Origin: the human T2T-CHM13v2.0 reference genome, Homo sapiens
Reading direction: 5' to 3' (one strand)
Assembly (NCBI RefSeq): GCF_009914755.1
Contig: NC_060925.1
Length of the DNA: 64,000 nt
The notes beneath the pieces were generated by a model. It saw only the letters and a program-made list of their open reading frames with translations, was not told the origin of the DNA and did no database searches. Of this stretch, positions 42,626 through 59,538 are shown piece by piece. Within the stretch, counting starts at the first letter, position 1. Every line of letters starts with the position of its first letter. Both the position numbers and the translations under genes were made by a program.

Positions 42626-42639
42626 GTTGCTATGGAAAC
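42626..42639. promoter_or_regulatory. RFX X-box-like motif
   Basis: GTTGCTATGGAAAC is close to the palindromic consensus GTTGCCATGGCAAC and lies in non-repeat sequence. Function untested. Confidence 0.4.
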
Positions 42640-44050
42640 TTCAGCTTGGCACCGTATGCAAATACCTGTCTCCCTTGAAACTTGCCTGACAGTGATGCTG
42701 AGCAGAAAATATAGAACACGGTAAAATGGGTTTTAACTTTTATGTAGGGACTGTAAGAGCTGTGCCTTCTAATTAATTATGCACAAGCACTCCAAGAGGC
42801 AACCTGGTAGAAATGTCTGCAGGTAATGTCCTTTTGACAAATTCCCTTCAACTCTTAATTTTTTAAAGGGAACTTTTTTTCAGTAAATAGAATGAGAAAA
42901 GGAGAGTCAGTTCATTTTGAACAGGCTGCTGTGGACACCCATTAGCGGTGTGCTCACTGCACAAGCTTCACTTCTCCTCATTAGTGTGACATGAACACAA
43001 CTGCCAAGGGCCCAGCATGGAGGCCATCAGTCCTGTCGCACATGCTCAGGGACAATCCCATGGGGGCTGTCTCAAATAAATGAAAAGCGTGGGAAGCCCC
43101 CCTGAAATAACCATAAGCTGCCCTCTCAGGGGGTGTCTGCCTTCTAAGACCACTCGGGTGATCCTGGCAGTGGATCCGGATTCCAGGTGCCAAGGGGACA
43201 TTTTGCAGAGCTCAGAAAGAGAGAGGCATGGAATTTGGGTTCCCTGGGGCTCAGCCAGGTCCTGAGCTCTCCAAGGCTTCCAAGGAGGCAGAGAAGAAAT
43301 ACCTGGGCCTGGTGGAGCTCTGGGTGTTACGTTACCGAAGTTTATCATCGCCAGTACAAGAAGAGGCTAGCAAAGAGGGAAGTGGACACATTAAGGCCGA
43401 GGCTGGAAAATCAGCCAGGGATGATGGCACAAACAGGGGAAGAATTTAGCGGCTCCCGGTGCACATGAACCCCTGTGCTGAGTCACACTGTTTGTGCCTT
43501 TAGGACCCTGGATGGGCCCTGGTGAGGAAGCAGCCTCACGAGCCTTCCAGAAGCAAGCCCAGTAGCACTGGCCACTCGAGTCCACCCTGTAATGTCTGGG
43601 TCCTTCTCAGTGGGGTGGGCAGACTACAGAGGACAGAGGGAGCTGAGATGGTGCAACCCTGGGGCCCAAGAAGCAGACACGAAATAGGAGTCAGGCAGCA
43701 GAGGTGGAGGTGGAGGCAGATCTCCTGCAGTGGGGTGTAGGGGCATTGGCACAGGGACACAGCGGGCCTGATGGTGCAGGAGCTGCAGGTGCCCTGCTGA
43801 AGGCAGAATCTGCCTGGACCCCAGCAAGCAGATCCCACAGCAAAGTCACGTGGCCGCATTCCATCCACAGAATGACTCTCTGGAGTGGGTCCCACTTCCC
43901 GTTTATAGATGAGGAAACTGAGGCCCAGTGAGGTGCGAGAGACTTGGCCTGGGGCACAGTCCACCATCTGCTGAGGCGTCATGATTGGTCTCTAACTCAC
44001 ATCCACTCGAGGCTCCTCTATCGTGAACATATCACAGGAGAGGTGGGTTA

Positions 44051-44470
44051 TGCTACAGTTGAGTTGTTCCCTCTCAAATATCTTATGTTGAAGTCCTACC
44101 CACCAGTAACTTAGAATGTGACCTTACTCGGAAATATGATCCTTGCGGTTGGAATTAGTTAAGTCAAAAATGAGGACATACTGGAGCAGGGTGGGCCCCT
44201 AATCAGTTGGACTGGTGTCCTTATAAAAAGGGGAGATGCAGGCTGAGGGGCACAGGTGCAGGGAGAAGGCCAGATAGAGATAAAGGCAGAAATCGAGGTG
44301 ATGCATCTATAAGCCCAGAACTGCCAATGATTGCCAGCAACCACCAGCAGAGTGGTGTGGGGCAGGTTTTCCTTCACTGCCCCAGAAGAAAGCAACCCTT
44401 GATCTTAGACTTCTAACCTCCAGAACTGGGAGACAATAAGTTTCTGTTGTTTTAAGTACCCAGTCTGCAG
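44051..44470 (+). mobile_element. MLT1B-like MaLR LTR
   Basis: tatgttgaagtcct...agaatgtgacctta...gggccctaatc...actggtgtccttataaaaag...tttctgttgttttaag. Confidence 0.75.
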
Positions 44471-45375
44471 CAAACGTCCCCCAGCCCTGCAGCTGCAGGA
44501 AGTGGCTCAGGTCAGACCACCGCTAAGGTACATTCCACGTGAGGGCTGGAGAGGGCCATCGGTGCCTTTACCAACAGTGTTGATGCCTCACCCTGGGCAT
44601 CGGCCAGGCTGGCAGAAATGTGGCTGGGAGCGGCAGGGACCATGGAACCATCGTGGCCTGGGGTGAGGAAGGCGTTGAGCAATCATGCTTGGGGACGTTC
44701 AGCTCTGGGCTTTAGGATTCAATAGGACACCGTATTGATGTACAGTTGCTTGCGGTGGCCATGCTCGTTCCTGTAGATGAGCTCTTTTGATCCTAATGGC
44801 AATATAGCCAAGAAAACAGGCAAGTGTTCCTACAGGCCACATTCTCCCAGCTGCTGACTGGTGGAGGTGAGCTGCAAGGAGCTGCCCCCAGGCGCGACGG
44901 TGAGTGCCTCTCATCTTCCAAGCCACTGGCCCCAGGTCTCTATTCTGAGGCAACAGCCAGAAAGTCAGTAATATTTCTCTAGGGGAATTTCAACTGATGA
45001 ATTGTTTAGTAGGTAAAATTCGCTTCCTCCATAATTGGAAATGTAAACAGAAGTGATTATACACTGATTTGTAGCAATTGGGCAAATGTAAGGAATGCAC
45101 TATTCTGTTAGAATAGAGGGGAACGGTGGTACACCCCTCGCTGGCACTGCCAGCTCCTCTGGGGGGTCAGGGCAGATGTGGGGCAGAACCCAGGCCACCT
45201 CAAGAATGGGAGGTCAGCTCCTTCCTGAGAGGCCCTTTGCCACACAGCATGGCCCTAAGCCTGGGAGATGCTTCAAAACTTCAGACCCAAGGCTGTGGGT
45301 GCCACAGACACACAGAGGAACAGTCTTCAACCAGACTGAGACCAGGGCTTGTTTCTTGTACCTCCTTCTGCCCCA

Positions 45376-45567
45376 ACACACACACATATCACATGCACGT
45401 GCACACACACACACCACACACACATACCACACACAACCTCCCATATACACACATACCCACACACACACCACACAATCCCCTGTACACACACATGCACACA
45501 CACTACACACCATATACACACACACTGCACAACCTGCCATACACACACATGCATACCCCACACACAC
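45376..45567. repeat. Degenerate (CA)-rich tract
   Basis: Direct read. Confidence 0.9.
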
Positions 45568-48167
45568 TCCTCTTTTGTAACCTCCTCTCTCACTCAGTGC
45601 TTTGAGGTTAGGGGTCTCTTATGCATTGGCAACAATGCAAAGATGCTGATCCACGATCCTCGGTTCACTGGTCAGTCCCTACATGCCAAGGGCTTTGCTC
45701 ACACCTGCTCATTCTAGTCCCTTCTGCAGCCAGGCAGAGAAATCTGGGCTTTGGAGACACGGCTTGTCCATGCTGGGCATCTCCTTAGGCTGCAGAGCCA
45801 GAATCTGTGGTTCAGGTCAGAGGACCTGGAGTGGGTTCCCCCAGCACCTCGCCTGCTGTGTCCCCAGGCCCATCGCCTCCTACCTCCTCTTTCAGTTTCC
45901 CAGAGAACACCTGATGGAGAAACAGACCCCTTCCCTGGCCTGCTAGCTTCTCTCCTCAGTAATGGAGAATCCAGCTTGTGAAGGAAGAAGATGGGAGTCG
46001 AGGTATAGGCTCAGGGGCTGTCTGGGTGACCTTCTCTCCTTTAGAGGATAAGAGTCCCTTTACCCTAGCCCCACCCCTGACACTTAGGCGGGGCTGCTGA
46101 AGTTTTATGTGTCATTATCAGCTCCAATGGGTTCTGACAATACCATGATTTCTGCATCGTTTACAAGTTTGAAGCAAAGGCCAATGTTTAAACCCAAAGA
46201 ACGAATCTTTCAGAGTAGAATTTTTCAGTGCTAAGAATATTTGGGTGCACTATGTTCCATTTAATGCCTGACCAGCTGCTGCTCGCACCTTCCCTCTTAG
46301 AACTGAGAATTCACACCTGTACCCCCATCTGCAGTCTCTGGAGACCCCCTGGGCTCAGCCTTTCATTTCCAGCCCACAAATGACAGTATTGAGCTGGATG
46401 CTCTTAGGGACCCTTCTGGAACTGGGTTCTGGGATGGAGACCCTCCCTTTAAAGAGTTCTCTACCGAGGCCTGCAAAACCAGCAGGCCTTCAAACAGTGC
46501 TGTCACCCCGCCCTCTCTGCACAGAGGCTCAAGATGGCATCCTCCAGCCAAAGGCTCCTTGTGGAGCCTGACCCTTTCTAAACCCAAGGACGCTGCCTAG
46601 AGTTAACCCTGCAGAGCTGAAACCCGGCTTGTCCCACGTTTAGGTAACAGTGTCAGCTAAAGCTGGCAAAGTGATTAAGAATAGTAAATTGAAGTCAAAA
46701 TAATTTTTAAGCACTCTGGATTACCAAAGCCTAGGTCCTCTCCTGTCTACCCAGCTTCCCAGTTTTATCTCTAGCATATTTTATGCAAATAGTTCTCTCT
46801 CTTTCTCTTTCTCTCTCTTCTTCCCTCTTCCTCCCCACCCCCCAACTTTCTCTCTAATAGAAGAGCTTGGCTGGGCTTCCTCAGATTTTTTAAAGTAGAA
46901 ATTTAAATACAATATCTAAAGCTTTTAGCCTTGCTTATGGCAACACAAAAAATCCAATTATCAATTAGAACTGATAATGTTTTATAGACTATTCTCTTTA
47001 TTAGTGCCATATTGCAGCTAATTCTAGAGAACAATTTCTCAGAAATGTCCCTGGGTTATGATTTTGTTGACTCCATTTTGCAGAAGATTTAAGATGCCAG
47101 TGAGTGCCCGCCTGAGCCTGCCTAGGGCCCCCGATGCCATCCTTCAGGCTCCCTGGGTTGACGCAGCCCTGGGCTCTCTCCATGCTGGAAAGGCGACAAC
47201 ATTCACATGCCCTGCAGTGTTCAGTCTTCAGGTAGGAAATTCACAAATCCCTTGACATGTGGGTTTGGTTTGGATCTTTAATCACTACTAAACTCACCCC
47301 CAAAGTACCTCAAAAAGGTAGCAAGACCCAGGGTAGGCCACATCCTTCATCATTTTCCCGCCAGGATCTCTGCCGGGAGACAATAAGAGGCACCTGCTCT
47401 GCAGGGCTTGTCCCCAGAGCTCGCCAGCCCAGCCCCAGGAGCCCTCCAGAAGGCCCGCATTCACAGATTAAATCTCACCCAATTTGGTGCCTCTTCTGTC
47501 TTCCAGCACTTCACAGCCATGGCCCACCCTCCCACCAGCAATTTAAGCCAGCTCCAGAGCCAATGCCACCTGCCGTGCACAGGGTGATTTTTCCAAGCTG
47601 AAGCTGTGGGTAGAACTTTCAGTCTTCACCTCAAAATGCAGCCCTGCTGGGTGCATGGACGAAGCCAGAGTCGAAGGAGTCGGGGGTCACAGCCAACACC
47701 TTCCAATAAGACACTGTCCATGACCTTGTGTCACTGGATCCTTGGCCACACGCAACCAATATCGTCCTGGGTTTTCAGTGGCTCAGTAATTTACTTTGAG
47801 CTTCGGAACCGCAAAGAGGTGGAGCCAAGATTAAACCTGGTCCTTCTAGACATGGGTTCTGGATGCCTCCACCATGCCTTGATACTGAAGGGTCCCTACG
47901 TACACCCCTCTTATTTACGATGGAGTATTCTGGCTGTTACTCAGTCCCTTCATTCCAACTTCTCCTTGATTGTGCTACCCAGAACCACGTCTGCACATCT
48001 GCTAGAGTTGGTTGTTGATGGCATTGATCCCACTCTCGTTACATGACTGATCAGTAATTAGGCTGAGCTAAAATTAATTCACAGTCTCCAGAGCCCAGCC
48101 CAGAGGCTCCCCCTAGAGACATCTGGCTTATGCTTACTGGTTGGATGAGGTGGGTGCAAGGTGGATG

Positions 48168-50198
<2,031 letters not shown>

Positions 50199-51368
50199 GT
50201 CAGTGAGTCAGCCATTGAGTAGGGACAGAGAGCATCCTTCATTCATTCACTCATTCTTTTGTTTGATGTATTTTTATTGAGTGCTGGGCTGATGTATCCC
50301 CTGTCATTGGGACATGTAGAATGTAGCTACAGAGTTGTACTGTCATGGGGTAAATGAAGGGCTAAGGCCTTGTCTGGATTCTTGTCCCTCTCCACCTCTC
50401 ATCCCACCAAGGAGGCAGCTCAATGGTGGTTTTCAACATGAGAGAAAATTCCTCACCTTTTGTAGAGAAAAGGTAAGTTGTTCAATTCATCCAATAGGAT
50501 CTGGTGAGCTGAGATGTGTTGATGGTGAAGTCAAAGTCAAGAGTCCCCTGCTTTCCCAAGTGACTGGCTCAGGAGGAGTCCCTTGAAGCTTCTTTTTCAG
50601 CAAATACTGTGGCTGCCTGAGTCCAAGGGTGCTAACCTGGGAAGCCTGCCTGATGGGATTTCTGTTGATGAGATAGTAGAGAGATCCACGTCCCTAGCTG
50701 GGCACTTCCAAAGAGCCTCTGAGAGCCTGGGGTTGTGGTTCTGCAAGGCAGGAGTGTAGGCTTTCCATGCACCTGTTCCAAAGGCCCCTGTCTCAGTTGG
50801 TTGTGGTTCTCTCACTCTTCACTAAATGACCCAGGGGACATCCTGAGGGTATTGCTGGCAGTGGTCTTAGTCAGCAGAGGCAGGAGGAGCTTGTTATGCC
50901 ATAAGAAGCTGCAGTCTTAGAAAAATCGCAAGGGATATAAGAGAGGGATAAAATAACTGAAAGTCTGAGTGACAAATTGAAGGACAGGAGGTGACCATTC
51001 AGGATAGAGACCCCCCACTTTATCACAGCCAGGACTGTTTACCTTCTCCGTGCTGCAGGTAGTGGGCCATTTTCCTTGGTGATAGGGTCAACTGAATCAA
51101 TGAGGCCAAAGGGGAAACATCTATTTCCAATGTTGGCAAGCATGGAGAGACCACTTATTCCCTCACCAATACACTGGACACAGCCACACCCACAGATTTC
51201 TACAGAACAAGAAACCAATTAAGCCTTCTGCAGGTGGGGTGTGGGGCTCAAACCTAAGGGACAATTTGCTCTAAAGGACATTATGGGGTCATTTCTTTCA
51301 GCATCTGGAACCCTCTCAGGAAATGCAGAACAGATAGATGTCCAGTGTGAATTAGTTGGGTATATGAA

Positions 51369-51722
51369 TGATACAGTTTGCTGTGTCTCCACCAAAATAT
51401 CATCTTGAATTGTAACTCCCACAGTTCCTACATGTCATGGGAGATAACCAGTGGGAGGTAATTGACTCATGGGAGTAGGTCTTTCCCGTGCTGTTCTTGT
51501 CATAGTGAATACATCTCATGAGATCTGATGGTTTTATAAATGGAAGTTCCCCTGCACAAGCTCTCTCTTGCCTGGCACCATGTAAGACGTCTCTTGCTTT
51601 TCCACCATGATTGTGAGGTCTCCCCAGCCATGTGGAACTGTGAGTCAATTAAACCTCTTCCCTTTACAAATTACCCAGTCTCAGGTGTGTCTTTTTTAGC
51701 AGCATGAGAACAGACTAATACG
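51369..51722 (+). mobile_element. THE1C-type solo LTR
   Basis: tgatacagtttgctgtgtc...gagaacagactaatac. Confidence 0.9.
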
Positions 51723-52309
51723 AAGAGCTGTGGCAAACCAGCTGACTAAGTCAGTATCATGGAAGGAGCATGAACCTGACCTCGTTCAGTCAGGAGGTGC
51801 ATACACCCTCCTACAGCTACAATGGCATTCTTCTGACTCTTCTACAAGTACCCCAGGCTAAACCCAGCTCTACTCCAGTGAATTTTCAGTAGAGAACCTC
51901 GGCTCCAAGAGGCCCGGAGGTCTCCAAACTGAGAGGACTTTGGGAACTTTCAGAAGACAAGTCACAGACCAAGCCCTGGTCTGCAAGAAATTGGGACTTC
52001 TCTCTCTGCTCAGCCTGGGAGTTTGGCCTGTGAGAAAATGAACAGAAAATAGAGACCATAAGTACCAATGCCTCTCTTTTGAGTAAACACACATCAACAT
52101 AAAAGGAATGCCCAGAGCTGCAAGAGTGAATGGCCTTCAAGCAGCACAAAAGACTCAGGTGGCCCCTGGACACAGGTGTGGAGTGAAGAGGGGTCCTCCA
52201 GGAGCTGAGATGAAGGCAGCTTCCCAAGCCAGGTACCAGAAGTTGGGGAGAACCCACAGTCCAGAATCCAGAACAGGACCCACACATGACGGGGATGCAG
52301 ACATAAGCG

Positions 52310-52823
52310 ACTGATGGTTAATATTGAGTGTCAACTTGATTGGGTTGAAGGATGCAAAGTATTGTTTCTGGGTGTGTCTGTGAGGGTGTTGCCAAAGGAG
52401 ATTAACATTTGAGTCAGTGGACTGGGAAAGGCAAATCCACTCTCAATCTGGGTGGGCACCATCTAATCAGCTGTTAGCACAGCCAGAATAAAAAGCAGGT
52501 AGAAGAAGATGGAAAGACTAGACTGTCTTAGTCTTCCAGCCTCCATCTTTCTCCCATGCTGGATGCTTCCTGCCCTCAAACATCAGACTCCAAGTTCTTC
52601 AGCTTTTGGACTCTTGGACCTTCCACCACAGACTGAAGGCTGCACTGCTGGCTCCCCTACTTTTGATGTTTGGGGACTCAGACTGGCTTCCTTGCTGCTT
52701 GGCTTGCAGATGGCCTATTGTGGGACCTCATCTTGGAATCATGTGAGTCAATTCTCCTAATAAACTCCCCTTCATATGTACATCTATCCTATTAGTTCTG
52801 TCCCTCTGGAAAACACTAATACA
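52310..52823 (+). mobile_element. MLT2A1-type ERVL solo LTR
   Basis: gatggttaatattgagtgtcaacttgattgg...ctatcctattagttctgtccctct...ctaataca. Confidence 0.85.
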
Positions 52824-55800
52824 GGAGCCATCCTCAAAAGCCCGTTTCATAACTAAGGAGGCATCAACAACTCTCCCAGCAGCTGATGGAGGATGGAAAC
52901 CACACAAGTGCGGAGATTTCAGGTGGGGACTTGGTGGGGGTCGTGTCAGCCCAGGGAGAGAGGACGGAAATTCAGCAAGGACGTAGAAGAGAGTGCTTCT
53001 ACCTTAATCATCGCCCTGAGGACCCTGAGGCCAAAGACACCAGAGCTCCTCACTTTCATCTACAGTTTCAGAAGCCAGACTCTAACAGATGAGTTGGAAA
53101 GATGCCTTTGAAGGGCTCGGTAATGATGGCTCAATGAGGAGTTTTCATTTATAAATGTGACTCACTGTGGCCAGGCCACGGAGGGTCTGGAGCAGGGCAG
53201 ACACAACAGCACCACCCTCCAATTAATGGATGTGCAAGAACCGCTGTGGGACTCAGATTTGGGCCAAGAACCCCAAATCATCTCCCGTGGCTCAGCCCTG
53301 AGAGCCACCCGGTACTCTCGGGGCAACAGGAAACTAATGAGCTCCTTTCTGTTCTGGTTGGTTTTGTTTTGTTATGTTCCCCAGCAACAGAAGGCATTTC
53401 TTTCTTTCCTTCAGGCGTGAGATGATTTAAAGTTTCCCTTGTTTGTCCCTATGTCCCTCCCTAAGGAGTTCTGAGGTGCTCCCTTTCAGGACAGGCATTG
53501 GGTCATTGACCTCCTTTCTCCGCGGAGGCATATTCCTGTGCAGAGCGTGGCCTCCTAGTGCTGGAACAGGAGGATCTTGGTGAGATGAATGCACTTGGGC
53601 TGTTGGAGACTCTTTCTCAGGTTGGCCTGAGAGCCTCCAGGAAGCACCGTGGGGAGGGAAGAGAACAGCGAGGCCCTTTTCCTAATTCCACTCTGAGGGT
53701 ATCTGGCCCAGAGGAGGAATATGGAAGAACCAGGTGCATCCTGCCAGGTAGAGACCTTCCTGCGGGCTTTTTGGAGACACTAGTGCAAGTCAGTAGAGAG
53801 CTCTCAATGGCAAAGAGGAGACAGATTAGACAGATGCTGCCCCTTCAAGTGTCTCAGGGGAGAGGGGGCCTAAGCAAAGAAACCAGAAATTGGATGTGGG
53901 CCACTGGGTGAGCCTGGGGTTTCTGTGCCTCATGCTGGAGTTTCGGGCAAGTCCTACTCCTGCCAGCCGGGGGCCAGGTTCATTATGCACCATCATGGAG
54001 CTTGGCAGCTGAGATGCTTGCTCCTAGGGCAAATGGATAAATGGATTAGCCACGCTTTTCTTGTTCCTTTTATTTTGTTTTTTGGAAACATGCACTGAGT
54101 GTCTTTCCCCTTATCAGTTATTTATTCTAATAAGTCATTTTATTGGCATCTTCAAAGGCACAGAAGTGAGATCTGTTCTGCAGTGGGCATTGGCTGTCAC
54201 TGTTTCTCAAGAAGTGGTACTAAGCTTCTTGTTCCATGAGCTGTGGCAACAGCACCCAGCCTGAGTGGCATCAGCACATGCTCAGAGCTGGGTGACTCGG
54301 GTTCATGTCCTGGCTCAACTGACTCAGCCAAGTGACTGTAGGCACGTGCCTTAATTTCTTTGTGCCTCCGGGATCCCATCTTCAACAGGGGGACAATAAT
54401 AACCTTATCTTATGGGGCAGTGAGGAGTTACTGAATTAATATACACAAAGCACAGAAATCAGGGCCTGGTGAGGACTAATTTGGGATTCTTGATTGTTGC
54501 CCGGAATTGGTCAAAGCTTAATTAATTATTTTAGAAATAATTAAAGCAGTAGAAAGAAATCTGGACGGTTATGCTTCCGAACGCTTACTCTGCATCAGCT
54601 GCCTGCGGGGCTTGGTTCATTTTGCAGCTAATGACTCCTGAGCACCCACTGGGAGTGATCGCTGGCTGAGCTCACCTCCTTCACAGGCACTGGCCCTGGG
54701 AGGTGCTGAGTGATGGCTCTGTTGTTTTATAGCCTGTCCAGGAAGCTGAGGTCCGGAAAGGTTAATTAGCACTAGAAAGAACCCAGAACCAAGACTCTCA
54801 AGATCCCAGGCCTTGTGCTGGCTTGAAAATCTCATAGCCCAGCAGGTTTCTCCTCCTTTTGACCTTGTGAAATGAGAGGGCAAGTCTCCTACAACGCAGA
54901 GGGAAGCGTACAGAATCCCATCCTTTTGTTAAACTCCGGACTAAACCACATCCCTTGAACTTTGAGATTCTGCTAGTCTTTAATACATGAGTGTGTGCAG
55001 GGAGTGGGGTGTGGTACGCAGGATACCATAGAATTTTATTTTTGTGGGATCATCTCCTTACTAGTTTCCAAAAGAATGCCACTGGGAAATGTTTCCCCAG
55101 ATGTTCATTAAGTAACAAAATATCTGTCATCTGCTAATTATCCATGACTGAGCAGCAACTTGCACTTAAGAAAATACATGGAAAGCAGAATAAAAAGGAA
55201 TATCAGCCTTCCTTCCCCATAGATGGCACAGGGAGGGCAACGTAAACCACCCCCTTTCTTATTCTCTCATGTGTCTTTTCCTGTCTGGGTGAACAGTTGC
55301 CGCAAAGCCATTACTCGGTATCAGCGGGATGAGATTCGTTGTCGGTGGCATTTCAGCCTTTCTGCTGGACCTCTGCCTTCCAGTTTGAAAAATCAACTGG
55401 CATTAATTGTCAGAGGCTGTGTTTCCCTCTTATTCCCCCAAGCAAAAGAGAAGGGCTGCTGCCTTCACTTCGCTGCAACAGTTGTCAAAAAGAAAGACAG
55501 TTCTCCCCAAGAATGTCAATTCGGCTTCTCTGCTACTGTGAGTCTCCCATCTACAAGGACAGCTCTGAGCCATTGGGCAGCAGAGCGCCTGGGATCTCAC
55601 CGAGAAAATCTGCTCAAGATTTGCTGGATGGAAAGAGGTTTATCATTTTGGCAGGGGCCCGATTATGGAAATCAGGAAGTTCTCGCCCTGTTCCCGGATG
55701 CCTGAAAGCCTTCCCAGCTATGTTGGAAGCAAGAGCCCGTGTACTATTCCCTACGCCGCTAAAGATTGACAGTGCCCTCAGAATGGGCCTCCACAACCCA

Positions 55801-58800
55801 GCTCGTGGACACAGCTCTTCTCCATCCACACTGGCCATCTGGATGTTTAGGTTTCTCAGATGAAAAGGTGCTTCCAGAAAGAGCAGGGGGCCGACAGCCA
55901 ATGAACTCTTTCCTGTTCTATAGTTTTCCTTGGGAAACATTGGCTGTGTCTTACCAAACAATGGGCAAAACATGAGGGCCCTAATATCTAAATGGGCAAA
56001 AGACACAAGCAGGCAATTCACAAATGTAAAAATATGACTAGGAAGCAAATGAATGGGAGAATGTCCAACAACTGTAACACTTAGAAATTCAGATGAAACA
56101 ATGAGACATAGTGTGTGTGTAATGTGTGTGTGTGTTTGCATATCAAGTTAGAAATGACTACACACTTTCCAGCAACCAGCTAGTGAAATGATGTCTTACT
56201 CATTGCTAGTGGCTATAGAAACTGATTTTTTTTTTTTGGTGAGGGGCACTATTTATCACAGATTTTGTAAAGCCTTTAAAAAAGAACAGTTAGCTTTTAT
56301 CAGACATCAGGGCCAAATCTAAGTACTGTGGACTCATTGCTGTACACAACTCACAATGACCCTACCGGACAGGTATAGTATGATCTCCATCCTCCTCTTC
56401 TGGGTGGAGGCACCAAAGGAGAAGGAGTTCATATACTCAGCCTGAGGTGATGCAGCCAGTAGTGATGGAGATAGACTCTGAATGCAAGACCTCCAGCCCC
56501 AACCACCTCATTCTAGTGCCCTGCGGGTCCTCCTCATTTACTCCAGGGCTATGGAGGGGCCTAAATACACACCCACAAGAAATTTTTGACACTAAAATGA
56601 TCAGCAGTTTGCTGAAAATTAACCAAATAACTTACAAGGCACTCAGTGAAATATGCTGTCATTTTAAGATGATACCTAGGATTTTAAGTTATTCATCTCA
56701 AAATGAATGCAAACATATTTATCTCCAGTCCCCACCTGAACCCTACTAAAAAGGAGAGTAAATGAAAAAAAATTTTAAACAACATATAATATTTCAAGAT
56801 CAGTGAGAACAGGAGAGGAGACAATAACATTATTTTGGATGCTGAGAAGCAGGACAAGTGTTTACAGACTCAGCTGACCCAAGAAAGCAGAGTCCAATCA
56901 GCAGTACAGAAAACATGGCAGACTGACCAGCCCTGCAGAATCTCCCAAGGGCTTAGAACTTGGGGGCCCCTTACATTCTGGAAGCAAATGTGGAGGTACA
57001 GTAAAAACAGGAGGATGATTGGAGGTTGGTGTGGGAAGTAGATGGACCAATCCCTCACCTGACTTGTCTTCAAAATTCTGTGTGTGGAAGAACAACTTCC
57101 CCGACCTTGGCAGGAGACTAGGTTTATTCTCTGTAGAGGCTAAAACAGAGTCACTGAAGATGTGAGGATTAGAGCAATGATCAAATTGAAAACACGATGA
57201 TTAAATGGAGGTTTCCCCCAGTTGGCTCTCAGAATCCTCAGACGTCTCCCTTCCAGACAGGAGATTGGAAGATTGTTTTCTGGAAAATCTGACTAGCCCA
57301 AATGAAAAGACCTAAAGATACTGACAGCAGAGCCTCCCCAGTGACATCCCAGGCAGATCATCCTACCACAAGACCAAAGTTGACGAGTGCTACTACCCAC
57401 TTAGAGTTTCCAACCAGCCTTAAAGTTTCATATATTAAATATGAGCAGACTTTCAAGGATCTCCAAAATATTTGAGGAAGGTTTGTAACATGGACAGATA
57501 CCAAACAAGCAAACTGAACCCCAGGGAGGAAACTGTTATGTAGAGAGATGAAAACCAAAGCCTAACAAACAAGAAAAATGCCAATAATACCCTTGGGTTG
57601 TAAGAGAAAATATCACATCCATGAAACAAGAAGAAGGTGTTGTTAAAAAGGAACATTTAGAAAACAAAGTAGTTCTTTAACATTAAAAAGATAAGGGCAA
57701 AAATTCAAGATTCAATAGAAAGTTTCTAAGATAAGCTGAAGAAACTTCCAAGAAAGTAACAAAATGACAAAGTGATATGCAAAATATAAGAAAATTAGAT
57801 TACCCAAAAAGAAAAAAGTTAGATAAAGAAAGAGCAAACACAGTGAATGGGAATATATCACTAAAGAATAGCAGAAATACCTGGTGATATGTTGTAATTC
57901 TATGTGCTCATTGTTCCAAGCACTGCCCATATACTAACTCATTAAATCCTCATAACAAATCTTGAAGTAGGCACTATTTTTGTCCTATTTTACAAATGAG
58001 GACACCAAGCACAAAGATACTAAGACAGAGAGGTGAGGAGACTGACTACCCAAGATTACTCAGCTGGTAAATGACAGAGCTAGGATCTGAACCAGGCAGT
58101 CTGATTCCCATGTCCAAGTTCTTAACCACTATGCTAGACTTCCTCTCAGTAAAAGGGCTTCATAAAATTAAAGAAATAATTCAAGTTTTTTTCCCCAGAC
58201 CTTATTGTCACAGGTTTCCAAATTGAAAGGGTCTTTTGAACATCTGACACAATGAAATAATAATCCCTACCAAGTCATAAAATCATAGCATCATGGACTG
58301 TCACACACTGGGAGCAAAGCAGAGATCCTAAAAGCTGAGAGAGAAAGGAGAGTTGTGGGGAGGAGAAGAAATTAACTCTAGAACTAAAAAAAAAAAAAAC
58401 AGATTAGATGACACCTGACTTCTTTAGAGCAATACTGGAAACAAGGAGGAAATGGAGTATTATAATGCCTTCAAATTATGAGGCAAAAGTTGTGAAACTA
58501 GCAGGCTATGCTCACCAAATGGTCAGTCAAGTGTGGTGGTGGACTAACAACAATTTTAGACACAGTAGATCCATGCACCTTTTGTCTGAAACCTGCTGAA
58601 GAAGGTGCTCCATTAACATGAGGAAGTCAAACAGAGAGAGGAAGGCATGTCATCAGGAAATAGGGAGGACAACAAGAAAAGTGGATCCCTACGGTGATGG
58701 GGAAGGTGGTTCCAGGACGACAGTTGTACACCATAGAGTATAACAGTCCAGATTGGAGTAGGCTGAAAGACAGAGAGTGATGTCTCCAAGAAGATGAAAT

Positions 58801-59200
58801 TCACTGGATGTGTTCGAATGAATGGAGAAGAGATTCTTGCAAGAGACAATTTCTACAAGAATATGGAAATGGAATATGGAATATAGAAAATGAGACAAAA
58901 CAAGCCAAAAATGACATCCATGACAATGAACACCATTGAGAAAAAAACAACAGTAGTTGTTTAGGAAAAGAAAAATGATCTCATAGCATCCAGTGAATTG
59001 AATTCCCATATATCACCATTCACTTTGGGTTGGTCATGATAACATAAACACTGAATATCCATTTCAGCAGCATGGCAATGTAGCTATATTACCATGGTGG
59101 GATGATGGAGGAGTGGGAGCTCACATATGTAGGGGTGCAAAGGATGAAAGAGCACTAAACCTTTCTTGTTCTTAGTGGTAAGTTAATAAATAGCAACTGA

Positions 59201-59538
<338 letters not shown>

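Noticed and set aside
45095-45717. His/Thr- or Cys/Val-rich ORFs
   Set aside because: Translation artefacts of the (CA)n tract.
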